NCBI GenBank assembly: GCA_026025075.1
Contig: JAPEUI010000051.1
Location: 1-64,000 of the forward strand
Direction: 5' to 3'
DNA: 64,000 nt
Source: Vezdaea acicularis
Taxonomy: Eukaryota
In this document: piece by piece, positions 60,380-64,000 of the stretch
Numbering within the stretch: the stretch's first letter is position 1
Layout of the letters: every line of letters starts with the position of its first letter
Notes under the pieces: model-generated
The model's input: the letters and a program-made list of their open reading frames with translations, nothing else
Told to the model about the DNA's origin: nothing
The model's database searches: none
Translations under genes and position numbers: made by a program

Positions 60380-60879
60380 TCCCACTTCCCTCGCTTTCAA
60401 AAACGAAGGTAGGAGAAGGAGAAGAAGGAGGAGGGGTAAAGAAGGAACTGCTTCTTCGAGCTAGACCCATGCTCATGGACGGGTATTCCCGTCGTCCTCC
60501 CCCCCCCCTCGCGCCTTTCCCCGCGTTTCACACACATCCGCTTCGTCTTCCCCCGCCTTCCGCTTCGCCTTTCTGCGGCTGAGAACCTTCCTCTTTTGTA
60601 ACAATCTGAGACGAATAAGCTGAGACCTCCCCAACCTTGCCCCCTGTGTCAGCCCGCGTCATTCTCACACCACCTCGTACCGCATAACTCAACATCTCAT
60701 TTTAACCCCCGCCTTTCCCTTCCCTGCAACCCATACATTCAGCCCCACCTGTATCTCTATTCTGCAGCCAGAACGAGAAAGGGCTCGTATCCTCATACGA
60801 CAGCCGGATATCCCGAGCAGGCAGGCAGGCCGCTCAGGGGAGTTCGTCGGCTCTGGATATTCTGAACAAGTCGGTCTAG
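60380..60879 (+). CDS. Candidate hidden small spliced gene; last exons 60380..60482 and 60768..60879
   Basis: Branch + polypyrimidine + CCCAG acceptor at 60379; GG|GTATTC donor at 60483; TTCTGCAG acceptor at 60767. The phase-compatible join gives ...KKELLLRARPMLMDGQNEKGLVSSYDSRISRAGRQAAQGSSSALDILNKSV*. No family recognised. Confidence 0.4.
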
Positions 60880-61684
60880 GGAGTTGGTATAGGGGTAAGG
60901 GATAGAAGGTAGGGCTGGATGGGCCGGAGAGGGGTAAGTGGTGGAAGGAGAGAGATGATGGAGAGATATGTGGGTAGACACGACTTCCCTAACGCTGCGG
61001 GAGGGCGGAGGGAGCCGGGGGGGAGTCGAACAGTTCTGGGAGGGTGGTAGGGGCGGTTTGAGACGCTCCTTCTTCTTCGCATGAGCGGGTGGGAGACGCT
61101 TCACTACACCCGCTCTCTCACAGGACGTCCCATCTTCTGAATAACCCTTCGAGCTCGGTCGTTGGTAGGTGGGGCATCTGCATATGCGGCGCTGGGCACG
61201 GGTTCTGTGGTTGTTTTCTACCCCCCCTTACTCCACGACGATTAGATGAGAGGGAGAGAAGGAGAGGATGGGGGAAGGAAGGCAGAGTGAAAGGAAGGGA
61301 AAGGGAAAGAAGAGAGGAGGGAAAGACCTCTATACCGCGCACCAATGATCTCTCCACTCCCCACGGAGTTCCCACGGAAGGCCTGCACGTAGGGTGGGGT
61401 AACAGACTGCTGCTACTCAGTCGAGTGGAGGGAACGGGGTGATGTGTCTCTTTTTCCAATGGGATATCACCTGAGAGTGAGAGAAGTAGAGGAGGAGAGA
61501 CGCTTCAAGCACCTTAGCAATGCGGGGAGGACGCAGCTATAGATCTCGTTATTGGCATCAGTAAACACAAACGGCCCGTACAATACAATCTGAAAAACAT
61601 CAAAAAGCCCCCTCCCCTTCTTCCAAGATCTTCCATAACATCCCATCCAAAACAGTCCACACCCCCCCACCTTTCCTCTTCCAA

Positions 61685-63094
61685 TCACTGCCTCCTTTCC
61701 CCCCTAACAACAAGCCCCACCATCCGCTCCATTTCCTTCTCAGCCTCCAACTCACCAACCCGCCACTCCAACTCCGCGATCCGCGCCTCTTTCGCCTTGA
61801 TCGCCAACCGCGCCACGTCCCGCCCCATACCTACCCCCTGCATCTTCAGCACATGCATATTGCACTCTTTGGCAATCTGGCGCTTCGTGGCTTCTGAGAG
61901 AGTGATCCCTTCCTGGCCAGACTGCCCGAGCCCCTTAGCAGCTCCGGACGCAATGAGAGAGAGGATACTCTTCGCCAACGCGCTGTCGCCACCGGCGGCA
62001 AGCCCCACATCTCTATACCGCGCTGCGCTCACTCCGGTCTCCCCCGCCGTCCCACCGGTCTTTGGCGTGCCAGGCGCCGTCGGCGTGGGCGTCATCGCGC
62101 GCACGTTCGTAGAGGCGGTGAAACTCGGGGTTTCTGTCCAGGGCAGCGTCCGATGCGGCCGCTCTCCCGTCTTGGGCGTCGGCAGGCCCGTCTCCGCCTC
62201 GTCTTCTTCGTCGCCGCCCACTACCCCCTCTGCGAACAGCACGCGCCCTGTGCTGCGCTTGCTGGTGGGTGTTGTGAAGGGATCGTCGGCGCCGCTGGGG
62301 GGAGCGCGACTGCGGGCGGCGGCGGCAGGTTCGGTCGCGGCGCGTTTGCCTGGGGAGGTGACAGCGTGGGTACGGGCTGCTTTGCGGGGGGTGGTGGGCG
62401 CGGCTGTCGGAGGGTGCGTTTTGGTGGGTTTGCGGGTTGGTGCTTGGGTGGATGGTAGGCCAGATGTGCCCCTGGGCAGGGTGGGGTAGATGGAAGGCAA
62501 TTCCTCCGCAAACGGTGGGGACGGGGTCCGGTTGACGTTCGTGGCGTCGTCAAAGTCATGGGCGAGCTGCGCAATGTCGTCGTCGTTGTCGTCATAGTCC
62601 ATGGAAAATCCATCAGCTGGCGGAGTGGGGTGGCGCTGGGTTTGCGTTGGTGGAGGTGCTGCTGCTGAGGTGGAAGGGGGCGGGGCGGGAGGCGCTTCGG
62701 AGCGGAAGTTCGACATCAGCACCGCGGCTTCGCGGGGCTTGGCGTCGTCGGCCCAGAGGAAGAAGTTGCAGCGGACGTTCTGTGCTTTCTGACAGGTATA
62801 GACTGGTGCCTGTTAGTCACAATCCCGGACGTTGCGGACAGAGGGTATATCGCCTTACACCACCGTCCGTGGTTCTTGCCGCCGTTCTTGGTCTGGAAAT
62901 ATTCCGCTGGCATGCGAGGATCGCAGTTGCCTAGGTCTTGTTAGAGCTTAGCGGGCTTGGAGAATCGTGCAGGAGAGCCTACATTTCCAGATGCCATTGT
63001 CAAAGAGCCCTTTGAGGGGGGCCTTAGAATATTGTTGCTGATTTGCACCTGCCGAGGCGCCACTTTGGAAGGTGGTCATGTTGCTATGGGGCAT
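61685..63094 (-). CDS. GRF-type zinc-finger protein with a disordered P/T-rich middle and a C-terminal coiled coil (2 introns)
   Basis: Spliced KGLFDNGIWK|CNCDPRMPA..FQTKNGGKNHGRW|FYTCQ....RCNFFLWADD (zf-GRF); C-terminal GRDVARLAIKAKEARIAELE. Confidence 0.85.
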
Positions 63095-63564
63095 GGCGTG
63101 CAGGCGTGCGCTCAAGGCGGTATCAATCGAGGTTTCTGATAGAATTCAGTTGTGACGATAGAGGAATATGGCTGGAGCATGTTGCGCGCCCCGTTCTTAT
63201 GATGGTATGGCATTGGAAGGCTACACCCGTCGGTGGCGGGGAGAGACAAGATCGTTGCCTACATCTCGCGTTGTGGTAGGGAACCGATTGGTCGACTTGC
63301 TATCATGCGTCAACCTCTAAAAAAAGCTTCGGCGTCAAACAAAACCGGAGACCTCTCGAATATTTATTGGTTGTGTATTAATGGCAATAGGAATTTATAT
63401 TCAGCGCAATTCTATCAAGATAATCGAGACCGGTCTACCTGTATGCGCCCGCGACGCCTTATTGACGCCCAGCTGTCTATGGATAGCTACCTGTCAGTAG
63501 AGCTCTAGTTCCTCCTCCACAGCCTTACAATGGACCCCTCCCCCTCCCCCAAAAAGAAAATAGA

Positions 63565-64000
63565 TCAATGTTTATGATGGTAAGCTGTCAACTTCTCGTC
63601 CGAGCTGGTATCATGAAGCTCGTTTACCGCGAGCGACATCCGTCCCGACCGTCTCCGACTAGTTGGTAGTCCAGTCTCCGGATCAACGACCGATTGTCCC
63701 CTGCGCGCGGCCTGTACCAAGTCTGGGTTCTGCTCCTTCAGCATAGCAAAATTGCGTTCAGCGTCCCAATTCCAGGGTGAATCAGCCGCGAAGAGGAGGT
63801 TCATTTCCTCAAGCGTGCGTTGATTCGACTCGGGATACAGCGCCCAGACCATCGGTATGCTCAGAATATTGGCAACGCCGAAGATGAACAGCGTATACGA
63901 CGTGATGTTCTTGAACATAACGGGGCTGATGAGACAGAGCCATCCGTTTCCAACGGACCACCCGGCGACGCCCCATGCGTTCCCTTTGGCGCGAACTTCG
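63565..64000 (-). CDS. MFS sugar porter, 3' end only (5' part outside the window)
   Basis: EVRAKGNAWGVAGWSVGNGW, last TM helices, YPESNQRTLEEM (PETKG.TLEE motif). Confidence 0.9.
   Translation of the reverse strand, partial: EVRAKGNAWGVAGWSVGNGWLCLISPVMFKNITSYTLFIFGVANILSIPMVWALYPESNQRTLEEMNLLFAADSPWNWDAERNFAMLKEQNPDLVQAARRGQSVVDPETGLPTSRRRSGRMSLAVNELHDTSSDEKLTAYHHKH

Overview
Gene-dense, intron-containing nuclear DNA from a filamentous ascomycete (Pezizomycotina), judged from the GT..CTRAC..YAG introns of about 45-70 nt and the recognisable fungal orthologues. About 29 host protein-coding genes can be built. In order: a DUF3112-type membrane protein, an uncharacterised secreted protein with a duplicated 6-Cys domain, BUB3, GPN2, POP5, a small secreted protein, ALG3, EIF1AD, gephyrin/CnxE, VMA16, TOA2, a TMEM42-like gene, a CLC/Gef1 transporter, DPB3-like, RIP1, MRPS12, an MT-A70/METTL4-like methyltransferase, LEU5, PEX12, RPO41, ATP25, a small hydrophilic protein, RSM19, TAF10, SHE9, a KRE2/KTR mannosyltransferase, PAT1, TSC1, a GRF zinc-finger protein, and the 3' end of an MFS sugar transporter. 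A complete 1270-bp Tc1/mariner element (TA duplication, 32-bp perfect TIRs, DD35E transposase broken by one TGA) lies between PEX12 and RPO41. The compact core (about 3-49.5 kb) has short intergenic spacers and many head-to-head gene pairs. Both flanks are visibly GC-richer with long non-coding stretches. The best leads are: (i) the 5.7-kb gap at 56-61.7 kb, which holds a telomerase-template-like motif behind a hairpin and a probable hidden multi-exon microprotein gene; (ii) the duplicated Cys-domain secreted protein; (iii) a degenerate ~18/37-bp motif array at about 2.0-2.2 kb; (iv) a run of mitochondrial gene-expression genes around the METTL4-like gene. All calls come from reading the sequence by eye. 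No database searches were run, and exon boundaries are manual predictions.
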